NCBI GenBank assembly: GCA_029262355.1 | Contig: JAJCZO010000094.1 | Location: 7,212 to 71,211, forward strand | Reading direction: 5' to 3' | Source of the DNA: Deltaproteobacteria bacterium | Lineage (GTDB): Bacteria; Desulfobacterota; Binatia; UBA12015 | Length of the DNA stretch: 64,000 nucleotides | Position numbers and translations under genes: made by a program | Notes under the pieces: model-generated | The model's database searches: none | Told to the model about the DNA's origin: nothing | The model's input: the letters and a program-made list of their open reading frames with translations, nothing else | Shown: one piece after another, positions 26,547 through 35,090 of the stretch | Layout of the letters: each line of letters starts with the position of its first letter | Numbering within the stretch: the stretch's first letter is position 1

Positions 26547-27257
26547 CTACCAGCTCTCCCCAAACGGGCGGACGTCGAGTTCGAACGTCCACGCCGACTT
26601 CTCCTGGTGCGCCAGGTAGAAGAAGGTGTCGGCAATCGACGCGGGGGCGAGGAACTTCTCGTCCGGCCGGTCCGGCATGAATTGGCGAGCGACCGGCATG
26701 TCGATGATTCCGTCGACCACCACGTACGCGACATGGACGCCCTTGGCACCCAGGTGGCGCGCCATCGACTGAGCGAGCGCGCGCTGCGCCGCCTTGGCCG
26801 GAGCAAAGGCAGCGAAGCTTTCGCCACCTCGAAGCGACGCGGTAGCCCCGGTCACCAGGATCGCGCCGCCACCACCCTCGACCATGTCCCGCGCGGCCTC
26901 TTGCCCACAGACGAGAAGCGCGAGCGCATTGATCCGCCAGGCGTCCTCGAACTGCTCCTCGCTGATGGTCGAGAAATCTCCGAAACTCGCGTTCCCCGCG
27001 TTGTGCAGCAAGACCTTCACCGGTCCCATCTCGGACCGGATCTTCGCGAAGGTCGTGCGAATCGCATCCGGCTGCGTGACGTCGGTCGGGTAGGCCCGAC
27101 TTCCGTCGATCCCAGTCTCGAGCTCGCGCAGCCGATCTTCGGACCGCGCGAGCATCGCGACCCGATACCCTCCCTCGGCGAAGCGGCGGCACAAAGCAGC
27201 GCCCGTGCCCGCTCCGACCCCAGTTACGACACACACTCCCGCGTCGGTCTGCGACAT
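26547..27257 (-). CDS. SDR-family oxidoreductase
   Basis: The sequence has the VCVVTGVGAGTGAALCRRF Rossmann motif, NAG, and a YxxxK-type region. Confidence 0.85.
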   Translation of the reverse strand: MSQTDAGVCVVTGVGAGTGAALCRRFAEGGYRVAMLARSEDRLRELETGIDGSRAYPTDVTQPDAIRTTFAKIRSEMGPVKVLLHNAGNASFGDFSTISEEQFEDAWRINALALLVCGQEAARDMVEGGGGAILVTGATASLRGGESFAAFAPAKAAQRALAQSMARHLGAKGVHVAYVVVDGIIDMPVARQFMPDRPDEKFLAPASIADTFFYLAHQEKSAWTFELDVRPFGESW

Positions 27258-27468
27258 CTGTTCAGCTCAAATCCGCGAAGAGGACCGGACGAACCGTTTC
27301 CGTCCAGATGGCGTAGCCCTTCGCATTCCTGCGGAGACCATCGCCCACGAGCAGATCCTCCATCAAGCCCCTGCTCTCACGGAACATCAGCGAGGCCAGG
27401 CCGCGCAGCGTGACGTCCGAATTCCCCTCGGCGGGCGCAGCGACCCGCTGGCCGCAACCCACGGCGTC

Positions 27469-28776
27469 TCACGCGTAGAGAAACTCCTCGATCTCGGCTG
27501 CGTACTGATCCATCGACTTGACGCCGCTCCCGGATTCGGCGGCACCCCGCGATAGCTTCGGCAAGAGATCCGGCTCATCGACGAGCCTTGCCAGAGCATC
27601 CGCCATCGCCTGCGGATCCTCCCCGGGGACGAGCAGGCCGTCGACGCCCTCCCGGACCGACTCGAGCAAGGCTCCCCGATCGGTCGAGACCACGGGGCGC
27701 CCGGCCGCGAAGGCCTCGCGCGTTGCGAGCCCGTACGTCTCGATGCAGGTGGACGGAACGGCAAGCACATCCAGTCCGCGCAGCAGCTCCGGCAGCGCGC
27801 CGTCCGCGAACCGACCCTGGTGGGTCGCCCGAGGCTCCTGCGACAGAAGTGTCGCCAAACGCTCATCATAGGGGTCGCCGACGTGGCGCTTCCCCCAGAG
27901 CTCGACTTGGATCGGCCGGCCAGGCAGGAGGCGGAGCGCCTCGAGCAGGATGTGTGGTCCCTTGTGGAACAAGGCATGTCCGACGAATCCGAGTCGTAGC
28001 GGTCGATCGGGGCGAACGGGCAGATCAAGAGGCGCCGTGGGCGCGGAGAATCCGTCTCGGTCGATCGACAAGGCGATCACTCGAGTGCGGTCCGCAGGAA
28101 ACGGCATCCCCTGTCGCGCGAACTCATCGACCACGAAGCGCGCACACGTGTCGATCCGCTCAAACGCAGACAACGCGCCGCGCAGCGCCTCGAAACGGTG
28201 TCGATTCTCCCTCGGCCCAGACGCGACCGCTGGAGCCGCGAGCGATCGGAGGCCAGCCCCCAGGCCTTCGCGCAAACCGACAGGCGGCGCTCCGTCGGCG
28301 AGCACGCAAGCGATGCAGCTGCGCGCCGCCGGCCCGGCGCACGAGCTGCCGTCGCGATGTTGGAACATCACGCGCTGACACACGTACCAGTAGTCCAGAA
28401 CGCTCGCGACGACTCGCACGCCGTACTCACGCGCGATCGTGGGCAAATCGGCGGACAAGCCGATCAGATGTTGAAAGTGAATCACGTCGGGCGAGACCTC
28501 GCGGAGGTACTCGCGAAACTGCTGCGCGACGCGTTCATTCAAATAGTGGTCGCGAAACCCGCCCGCTTTGAAGTCGTTCACGACGCTGCGGACGGACACT
28601 CCGTCCACCATCTCGTCGATCGCGTCGCCGTCGGGCTCGGTCAGATCGCTTCGCCGTGTAAACACGGCCAGCTCGTGGCCACGTGCTCGAAGCGCGGCAC
28701 ACAAACGATACGTGTGCAGCTCGACACCACCGTAGGCGCGGTGAGGGTACCCGTTCGAAACCTGGAGGATACGCAT
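27469..28776 (-). CDS. Glycosyltransferase family 4 (GT-B, Glycos_transf_1)
   Basis: The N-terminus reads MRILQVSNGYPHRAYGGVELHTYRL. The C-terminal retaining GT-B motifs include ...LAVPSTCIETYGLATREAFAAGRPVVSTDRGALLESV. Confidence 0.8.
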   Translation of the reverse strand: MRILQVSNGYPHRAYGGVELHTYRLCAALRARGHELAVFTRRSDLTEPDGDAIDEMVDGVSVRSVVNDFKAGGFRDHYLNERVAQQFREYLREVSPDVIHFQHLIGLSADLPTIAREYGVRVVASVLDYWYVCQRVMFQHRDGSSCAGPAARSCIACVLADGAPPVGLREGLGAGLRSLAAPAVASGPRENRHRFEALRGALSAFERIDTCARFVVDEFARQGMPFPADRTRVIALSIDRDGFSAPTAPLDLPVRPDRPLRLGFVGHALFHKGPHILLEALRLLPGRPIQVELWGKRHVGDPYDERLATLLSQEPRATHQGRFADGALPELLRGLDVLAVPSTCIETYGLATREAFAAGRPVVSTDRGALLESVREGVDGLLVPGEDPQAMADALARLVDEPDLLPKLSRGAAESGSGVKSMDQYAAEIEEFLYA

Positions 28777-28791
28777 CGCCGGCTTCGCCGA

Positions 28792-29664
28792 TCAAAATCC
28801 CAGCAAGCGAATCTTGCGGCCGATGAAGCCCGAACTCTCCCAGGCCTCGAGCTCTCGGTGCAAATCCCGATGCATCTCCGCCAAGGGATTCTCGCGAACG
28901 AACTTCTGGACGCGCTCGTGATAGGTCGGGTACATGCGGCCGATCACATCGTTGTGCGCCTCTTGCCGCTCCCCCGTTTCGGCGCCGAAGGAGGCGCTCC
29001 CCACGTGCGCGACGAACAAGTCGTCACATAGGCGAATTCGAAAGCCAGCCGCGCGGGCGCGCTCGCTGTAGTCGTTCTCCTCGCCGTAACCGCGGGGAAA
29101 ATTCTCCTCGTCGAGAAAGCCAATCCGTTCGATGACGTCGTGGCGTACGAACATGCAAAACCCCACGGCGGTGACCAGATCCGGTCGCCGACGTCGGCTC
29201 GCACGCGCGACGAGAACGGCGAACTCATCGACGCTGAGCGACGATGGAATCTCGTTGGCCTCCATGAACCGGGGCACACTGCAAACCGTGCCGTTGTTCG
29301 TGAGGGGGGAAACGACCCCGGTGACGTCGTCGTCGTACGCGCAGGCTGCGAGCTTCGACAGGAAACCTTTGGTCACGACGGTGTCGCTATTGAGCAGGAC
29401 CGCGTCGCGTCCGTCCGCATGACGCAGCCCGCGATTCGCGCTTCCCACGAAGCCGCAGTTCACCTCGTTTCGCAGCAGGACGACCCGATCGTTCGTCGCG
29501 GCCAGTCGGTCGAGCCCGTCCACGAGCTCGGGGGTACGGCTGGCATCGTCGACGATCACGAGCCGCCAATCGCCCCGAGCGTGCCGAAGAACGCTCGCCA
29601 GGCACGCTTCGACGTGCTCACGCGCCTCGAATACGGGACCGATCACGTCCAAGCCGGGCCTCAC
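28792..29664 (-). CDS. Glycosyltransferase family 2
   Basis: The sequence has VIVDDAS...LRNEVNCGFVGSANRGL...LNSDT and a DxD-type GT-A fold. Confidence 0.8.
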   Translation of the reverse strand: MRPGLDVIGPVFEAREHVEACLASVLRHARGDWRLVIVDDASRTPELVDGLDRLAATNDRVVLLRNEVNCGFVGSANRGLRHADGRDAVLLNSDTVVTKGFLSKLAACAYDDDVTGVVSPLTNNGTVCSVPRFMEANEIPSSLSVDEFAVLVARASRRRRPDLVTAVGFCMFVRHDVIERIGFLDEENFPRGYGEENDYSERARAAGFRIRLCDDLFVAHVGSASFGAETGERQEAHNDVIGRMYPTYHERVQKFVRENPLAEMHRDLHRELEAWESSGFIGRKIRLLGF

Positions 29665-29722
29665 GGGTTCGAGTCTACGGCCCAGCCGAGCCGCGTGCCA
29701 CCACCGCCGCCCCGAGGTGCAC

Positions 29723-30139
29723 CTACTCCTGCTGGATCGAGCGAACGTACAGCGTGATGAGCAAGATCTTGCCCCGGATCTCGGCCTGCCGCGTCGGCGA
29801 GACGGCGGTCTCGTGTTTGAAGACCTCGCCCCAGACCGGCATGTCCGGGTCCCCGTGGGCTCGAACGTCCTGGGTCCCGTCGATGAACTGCATCGTCCTG
29901 TGAAAAGGGAACTCGCCGCCGTTCTTCTTGGCCAACTGCGTGAGATCGGCCGGCTTCTTCTTCAAGAAGCCGGACATCACGCCGTTCCCGACCCCTTGCG
30001 GGCCATGACACGTCCCGCAGTAGCGAAGGAACATCTCCTGGCTCTCCGAATTCGTCTCACTCTCGCCCTGGGCAACACAGACGGCCGGTACGGCCAACCC
30101 CAGCACCAGTACGATCGGCGCCACTCGCAAGAGCATCAT
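29723..30139 (-). CDS. Secreted monoheme class I cytochrome c
   Basis: There is a signal peptide and a single CGTCHG heme-binding motif. It is divergent from the NapC/NirT gene. Confidence 0.8.
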   Translation of the reverse strand: MMLLRVAPIVLVLGLAVPAVCVAQGESETNSESQEMFLRYCGTCHGPQGVGNGVMSGFLKKKPADLTQLAKKNGGEFPFHRTMQFIDGTQDVRAHGDPDMPVWGEVFKHETAVSPTRQAEIRGKILLITLYVRSIQQE

Positions 30140-30222
30140 GCCCCGCGCCTACCACGCATCGGCCATGGCAACCAAGCGCCCGTTCAGCCACGCGCCCGGC
30201 CCGTGGTAGGGAGAGAGCACCG

Positions 30223-30927
30223 ATGGATCTGTCCATAGAAGTTCCGCTGCATACGGGAAGCAGCTTCGCGGATCTCGGCAGCTACGTCGCCTCGATTCTC
30301 GCGGTAGCGGTCCTCGTACTCGTGCTGTCGGGATGGCTGCTCGAACGAACCCGCCGAGTGTCGGCTACCGCCAGTATCATGCTCTTCCTCGGGCTCACCA
30401 TTCTGCCGATCTTCATGATGCTGTTCGGTGCCTTCGCCAGCGTGGAGCAGGCCAAGTCCGTCGAGTTCTGCCACTCCTGCCACACCGCGATGAATCCCTA
30501 CGTGGCCGACATGCTCGACCGGGACAGCACCACTCTCGCAGCCGTTCACTCCTCCGAGCGCTACATCCCGCGCGACCCCTGCTACAAGTGCCACGCGAAC
30601 TACGGAGTCTGGGGCGAGGCCGAGGCGAAATTCCGCGGGTTCGCCCACCTCTATCATTGGCTGCTGGCGTCGCCGACCGCACTCGGGATCGAGCAGATCG
30701 AGACGTACGAGCCGTACGCCAATGGCCCCTGTCTCGAGTGCCACTCGGGTGCGAAGAGCTTCCTCGAGTCCGGCCAGGGCGTTCACCGAATGATCGCCGA
30801 CAACCTCCTCGAACTGGACGACGACACCGGCGCGCCCGTCACCTCGTGTCTGGTCTGCCACGGCCCCGCGCACCCGAAGCTGGCAGACATCGAGGTCGAG
30901 ATCGTGCCGGAGAGGGCGGAAGGGTGA
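30223..30927 (+). CDS. NapC/NirT/NrfH-family membrane-anchored tetraheme cytochrome c (quinol dehydrogenase-like)
   Basis: There are two N-terminal hydrophobic segments, followed by four CXXCH motifs (CHSCH, CYKCH, CLECH, CLVCH) spaced as in NapC/NirT. Confidence 0.75.
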   Translation: MDLSIEVPLHTGSSFADLGSYVASILAVAVLVLVLSGWLLERTRRVSATASIMLFLGLTILPIFMMLFGAFASVEQAKSVEFCHSCHTAMNPYVADMLDRDSTTLAAVHSSERYIPRDPCYKCHANYGVWGEAEAKFRGFAHLYHWLLASPTALGIEQIETYEPYANGPCLECHSGAKSFLESGQGVHRMIADNLLELDDDTGAPVTSCLVCHGPAHPKLADIEVEIVPERAEG

Positions 30928-31859
30928 ACAAGCCCGATCTCATCCGCTTGCCCGGCCCGCGCCTGCGCGGACGAGTGCTGCTCCTCTCGAAGCTCCTGAT
31001 CTTGCTGGCCGCAGTGCTCACCCTCGTCTCGGTGAACCTGTGCACCGCGCTTACGCTCTCCCTCTTCTTGATCGTCGGCCAGGCGGCCGTCATCGCTGGC
31101 GCAGGACTCGCCCTGTTCGTCGCGGCCACCGACTTTCTGCGAACGCGCGGCACGTCGGAGGTCCACTTTAACGCTGGGGAGACCGTGTTTCGTCAGGGCG
31201 ACGTCGGCGATCTCGTGTACGTGATCGTTAGCGGCGAAGTCGAAGCGATCCGGGAGGATCCGGACGGCGAGGACAAGGTACTGGCGACGATGGGCGAGGG
31301 TGAGTACTTCGGAGAGATGGCTCTCTTGAGCGACGCCCCTCGCACCGCCACCGTCCGCGCCCGCACCGACCTCGATGCGATCGCGATGGCGCGAGCGGAC
31401 TTCACGACGCTCTACGCCTACCTACCCAACCTACGAGTAAACGTGGAGAGTGTGATGACAGAACGAAAAGCCCAGAACCGCGAACGCTTGGGCTCGAAGA
31501 GCTCGTTTGGGATGCTCCTGGCCGGCGCAACGGCCGCCGCCCTCATGGCATCGGCCGCCCACGCAGCCGGCGACGCGGCGGCCGGCGAGTCCCTGTACAA
31601 AAAGCACGGCTGTGCGCAGTGCCATGGGATGGAGGGCAAAGGCGACGGTTACCTGCTGCCGATGCTCAAGGAGACGCCCACGATGCGCGACTGGTCCGAC
31701 CCCGAAGCGCTGGACGGGCTCACCGACGAGTTCATGATCGAGATCACGGAGAAGGGTGGCGAAGGCGTCGGCAAGTCGGAGATCATGCTCAAGTACGGCA
31801 AGAAGCTGTCGCGGGATGAGATCGTCGACATCGTTGCGTACATTCGCTCCCTGCAATGA
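30924..31859 (+). CDS. Membrane protein: 2 TM helices + cytoplasmic cyclic-nucleotide-binding (CAP/cNMP) domain + third TM helix + periplasmic class I cytochrome c domain
   Basis: The GTG start overlaps the NapC stop (GTGA). The TM helices are LLLSKLLILLAAVLTLVSV and LSLFLIVGQAAVIAGAGLALFVAA. The cNMP-binding region is FNAGETVFRQGDVGDLVYVIVSGEVEA...GEGEYFGEMALLSDAPRTATVRA. The third hydrophobic segment is FGMLLAGATAAALMASAA. The cytochrome c domain has ...KKHGCAQCHG...SRDEIVDIVAYIRSLQ. Confidence 0.6.
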   Translation: MNKPDLIRLPGPRLRGRVLLLSKLLILLAAVLTLVSVNLCTALTLSLFLIVGQAAVIAGAGLALFVAATDFLRTRGTSEVHFNAGETVFRQGDVGDLVYVIVSGEVEAIREDPDGEDKVLATMGEGEYFGEMALLSDAPRTATVRARTDLDAIAMARADFTTLYAYLPNLRVNVESVMTERKAQNRERLGSKSSFGMLLAGATAAALMASAAHAAGDAAAGESLYKKHGCAQCHGMEGKGDGYLLPMLKETPTMRDWSDPEALDGLTDEFMIEITEKGGEGVGKSEIMLKYGKKLSRDEIVDIVAYIRSLQ

Positions 31860-33244
31860 AGCGCCAACGATTCCCGACCCTCCTCGCATTCTTCGTCATC
31901 ACCGTGGCACTCCCGACCGGAGGCGGAACCGCCGCGGATCGCGATGCCCCGGTCGCCGCTGCGGCGAAGGTCGGGGCCCCCCCCGAGACGGCACCCGAGC
32001 CGCTCGTCGCAGCCTCGGGCCCTCGTAAGGCGAAGGTCCTGCTCCTCGGCCTCGACGGCCTCGACCCCGCGCTGGTGCGCAGATGGACCGCGGACGGTGC
32101 GATGCCGAACCTCGCAAAATTGATCGATCGCGGCACGATGGCCGAGATCGACTGCGTCGTGGGCACGTCCTCGCCAGTCGTATGGACCACGGTGGCGACC
32201 GGTGTGCCGCCCACCGTGCACGGCATCACCGGATTCCGGATTGGGGAAGACCCGGTGAACTCGAGCCACCGCAAGCAACCCACATTCTGGAACATCCTGC
32301 CCGCAAGGGGCGTCGATCTCGCCACCATGGGATGGATGGTGACCTGGCCGGCCGAGGCCGACGTCGGGACGATGGTCTCCGACCGCGCCTGGTGGGGTCG
32401 GTTTCACGAGGACGTCACGCCCAAAGGTATCGTCGAACCCCTGCACCACGTGCCGCACATGAAGCGCAAAGAGATCCTCGAGATGTTCACGACGTACGAC
32501 TTCGACGGCGAGTGGAAGTCATGGTCGGTGGAAGACCCGCGCTATTCCGTGCACTACCTGCTCCAGAAACGTCTTCTGAACATCTTCCGACGAGACACGG
32601 TCTACGCGGGCGCCACCCAAGAGATCGCACGCGAGCGCGATCTCGACGTGCTCGCCGTCTACCTCCAGGGCACCGATTACGTTGGTCACGGATTCTGGCA
32701 GTGGTTCGATCCAGAGCCGTTTCAGGAAAGCGGCTGGGACATTCCGAAGGAACAGATCAAAGCGCTCGAGAATGTCGTTCCCGCCTACTACCGCTACGTC
32801 GACTCGCTCGTGGGTGAGATTCTTCCCCTGGTCGACGAGAACGCCCTGGTGATCCTCCTCTCCGACCACGGCTTCGAAGCGGCGCCGAAGTGGCGAAACA
32901 GCAAGGATCACTCGACCGAGGCACGCTTCCTATCGGGCAATCACCGCAAGAAGGCGACGCTGATCCTGTCGGGCCCACAAGTCGAACGCAACGCAGAGGC
33001 GGACGGGCGGATCACCCACTTCGACATCCTGCCAACGCTGCTCTACGCACTCGACCTTCCGCAGGCCCGCGACCACCGCGGCCGCCCGCTCACCGAGCTG
33101 TTCACCAAAGACTACGCCGGCGATCGCAAGAGCGAGACGATCGAAACGTACGTGACGGCCGCGGACCGCGAAAAGCCCACGGTCCGAAGCAGGCTCGACC
33201 CGGAGATCGTCGAAGAGCTGCGGTCTCTGGGCTACGTGCAGTAG
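31856..33244 (+). CDS. Secreted type I phosphodiesterase / nucleotide pyrophosphatase (NPP, alkaline-phosphatase superfamily) family protein
   Basis: There is a signal peptide, then LLLGLDGLDPALV...PNLAKL...TSSPVVWTTVATGVPPTVHGITGF...LLSDHGFE. The ATG overlaps the upstream stop (ATGA). Confidence 0.7.
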   Translation: MKRQRFPTLLAFFVITVALPTGGGTAADRDAPVAAAAKVGAPPETAPEPLVAASGPRKAKVLLLGLDGLDPALVRRWTADGAMPNLAKLIDRGTMAEIDCVVGTSSPVVWTTVATGVPPTVHGITGFRIGEDPVNSSHRKQPTFWNILPARGVDLATMGWMVTWPAEADVGTMVSDRAWWGRFHEDVTPKGIVEPLHHVPHMKRKEILEMFTTYDFDGEWKSWSVEDPRYSVHYLLQKRLLNIFRRDTVYAGATQEIARERDLDVLAVYLQGTDYVGHGFWQWFDPEPFQESGWDIPKEQIKALENVVPAYYRYVDSLVGEILPLVDENALVILLSDHGFEAAPKWRNSKDHSTEARFLSGNHRKKATLILSGPQVERNAEADGRITHFDILPTLLYALDLPQARDHRGRPLTELFTKDYAGDRKSETIETYVTAADREKPTVRSRLDPEIVEELRSLGYVQ

Positions 33245-33257
33245 ATCCCCGCTCGAC

Positions 33258-34097
33258 TCAGCCGGTCGCCGTCTCCTGGAAGAGATGCACGTCCGTCTGC
33301 GGGAACGGAATCGAGCAGCCCGCGGCTTCGAGCTCCTCCTTCAGGGAGCGGAGCAGGTCGAAGCGAAGCATCCAGTAGTCCTCGGCCTTGCACCACGGCC
33401 GCACGACGATGTTCACCGACGAATCCCCGAGCTCGCTCACCGCGATCACCGGCTGTGGATCCTTCAACACGCGCGCGTCGCTCTCCACGACCTTCTTGAT
33501 GGTCGTCAGCGCGAGGCCGATGTCGTCGGTGTAGGCGATCCCCATGACGATGTCGTTTCGACGCGTTGGGTTCGCCGAGTAGTTCTTGATGATCGTGCCG
33601 AAGATCGACGAGTTGGGCACCGTGATCTGGACGTTGTCGGGCGTGGCGAGGACCGTCGAGAACATCCCGATCTCCTTTACCGAACCCGCCGTCCCCGCAA
33701 CCTCGACGTAATGACCGGGCCGGAACGGTCGGAAGATCAACAGCATCATGCCCGCCGCGAAGTTCGACAGCGTTCCCTGCCACGCCAAGCTGATGCCGAC
33801 ACTCGCGCCACCCAAGACGGCGATGAGTGACGTCGTCTCGATGCCGAAGAGCCCCAGCACCGCGACCACGGTGACCAAGATGATCAGGTAGTAGACCACG
33901 CCCGACAGGAAGGGCCGCAGTGCCTCGTCGATCTGAGCACGCTCGAGGGCGCGCTCGGTCGTCTTGCGCATCCGACCAGCAATCCAGCGTCCGATGATCA
34001 GGACCGCGATCGCGCCGACCACCTGAATCCCCCAGTTCGTGACGAGCGTCACGAGCGTGTTCATTCCGTCGTCGAGATACTTGGAGTATTCGTCCAT
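33258..34097 (-). CDS. Small-conductance mechanosensitive channel (MscS family)
   Basis: The N-terminal TM helices are followed by the conserved ...GTLSNFAAGMMLLIFRPFRPGHYVEVAGTAGSVKEIGMFSTVLATPDNVQITVPNS core. The start was refined to the internal ATG (MDEYSKY). Confidence 0.85.
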   Translation of the reverse strand: MDEYSKYLDDGMNTLVTLVTNWGIQVVGAIAVLIIGRWIAGRMRKTTERALERAQIDEALRPFLSGVVYYLIILVTVVAVLGLFGIETTSLIAVLGGASVGISLAWQGTLSNFAAGMMLLIFRPFRPGHYVEVAGTAGSVKEIGMFSTVLATPDNVQITVPNSSIFGTIIKNYSANPTRRNDIVMGIAYTDDIGLALTTIKKVVESDARVLKDPQPVIAVSELGDSSVNIVVRPWCKAEDYWMLRFDLLRSLKEELEAAGCSIPFPQTDVHLFQETATG

Positions 34098-34226
34098 TGC
34101 TTCCCCTTCGCGGCCCCGTGAGTCTGCCGGAGCGGTTACGTTGCAGATTTCGTGCACTGGATCGAGGGCTCGGGGCTCACCGACGCTCGATTGAATGCGC
34201 CCGGGCCCGCCGGTAACCTCGGCCAA

Positions 34227-35045
34227 ATGGCCACCTTCATCACCGACGAGTGCATCAACTGCGGCGCCTGCGAACCGGAGTGCCCGAATACCGCCATCTA
34301 CCAGGGAGGTGTCGAATTCGACGCGCTCGATGGGAGCAAGCTGGCCGCGATTTCGGACGATTTTTTCTACATTGTCCCCGATAAATGCACGGAATGCGTG
34401 GGCTTCTTCGACGCGGAGGCCTGCGCCGCGGTCTGCCCGGTCGACTGCTGCATCCCCGACCCGAACATCCCCGAGACCGAGGCGGTCCTCTTCGAGCGGG
34501 CGAAGCAGATCCACCCGGAGGAGGCGTTCCCCGAGGACTTCCCGTCGCGCTTCAAGGCAGGCGCAGGCGGCGACAGCGGTGACGAGGCCGCGGCCGCCCC
34601 GGCGGCTGCGGCTACACCCACGGCCGGAGCCGCTCCCGCGGGCGGCGGCGCCACCCTGACGATGAGCCCCGAAGACGCGCTCGCTGGGTCGATCCCCGCA
34701 CTCGCCGACTGGGAGGTGCCTCTGTCGTGCTTCCGGTGTAGCGGCCAGTTCGAAGTACCGTTCCAGTTCATCCGGCCGGGCACCGTGCTCCACTGCCCGC
34801 ACTGCGGAGGCTCGTTCGTTCCCAACACGACCATGTACCAGAACGTCGCCGGACGAGTGACGCGGTTCTACGACGCGTGGACCTCGGAGCTCACTCAGAT
34901 CCGCAAGCGGCGCCAAACCGAGCTCGACAAGTTCGAAGAGAAGCTCCACGCCGGGCTCGACGACCTCAAGAACGACCTGCGTAGCCACGGAGGCGGCGCC
35001 GACCTCGCGGGCGCCCCCCAGCGCGACCGCGGCTTCTTCGGCTGA
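34227..35045 (+). CDS. 2x[4Fe-4S] ferredoxin domain fused to a C-terminal Ala-rich linker and a zinc-ribbon-like domain
   Basis: MATFITDECINCGACEPECP and CTECVGFFDAEACAAVCPVDCC give two ferredoxin clusters. The C-terminus has CFRCSGQF...CPHCGG. Confidence 0.7.
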   Translation: MATFITDECINCGACEPECPNTAIYQGGVEFDALDGSKLAAISDDFFYIVPDKCTECVGFFDAEACAAVCPVDCCIPDPNIPETEAVLFERAKQIHPEEAFPEDFPSRFKAGAGGDSGDEAAAAPAAAATPTAGAAPAGGGATLTMSPEDALAGSIPALADWEVPLSCFRCSGQFEVPFQFIRPGTVLHCPHCGGSFVPNTTMYQNVAGRVTRFYDAWTSELTQIRKRRQTELDKFEEKLHAGLDDLKNDLRSHGGGADLAGAPQRDRGFFG

Positions 35046-35090
35046 CCCCTGAAACGGACTCTCGTCGTAGCGGCGGGCGGCGCCGCGATC

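Noticed and set aside
27262-27462. 66-aa ORF in the 211-bp spacer between the GT4 and SDR genes
   Set aside because: It has no motif, no convincing RBS, and a composition like the surrounding noncoding GC-rich DNA; it is more likely a promoter or UTR region.
22498-34097. Possible 1-nt coordinate discrepancies between my hand counts and the ORF track at a few sites (e.g. 22531, 31856, 34097)
   Set aside because: Most checks elsewhere were exact. I treat these as my own counting slips and defer to the ORF-track coordinates; the uncertainty does not affect any feature call beyond ±1-3 nt.
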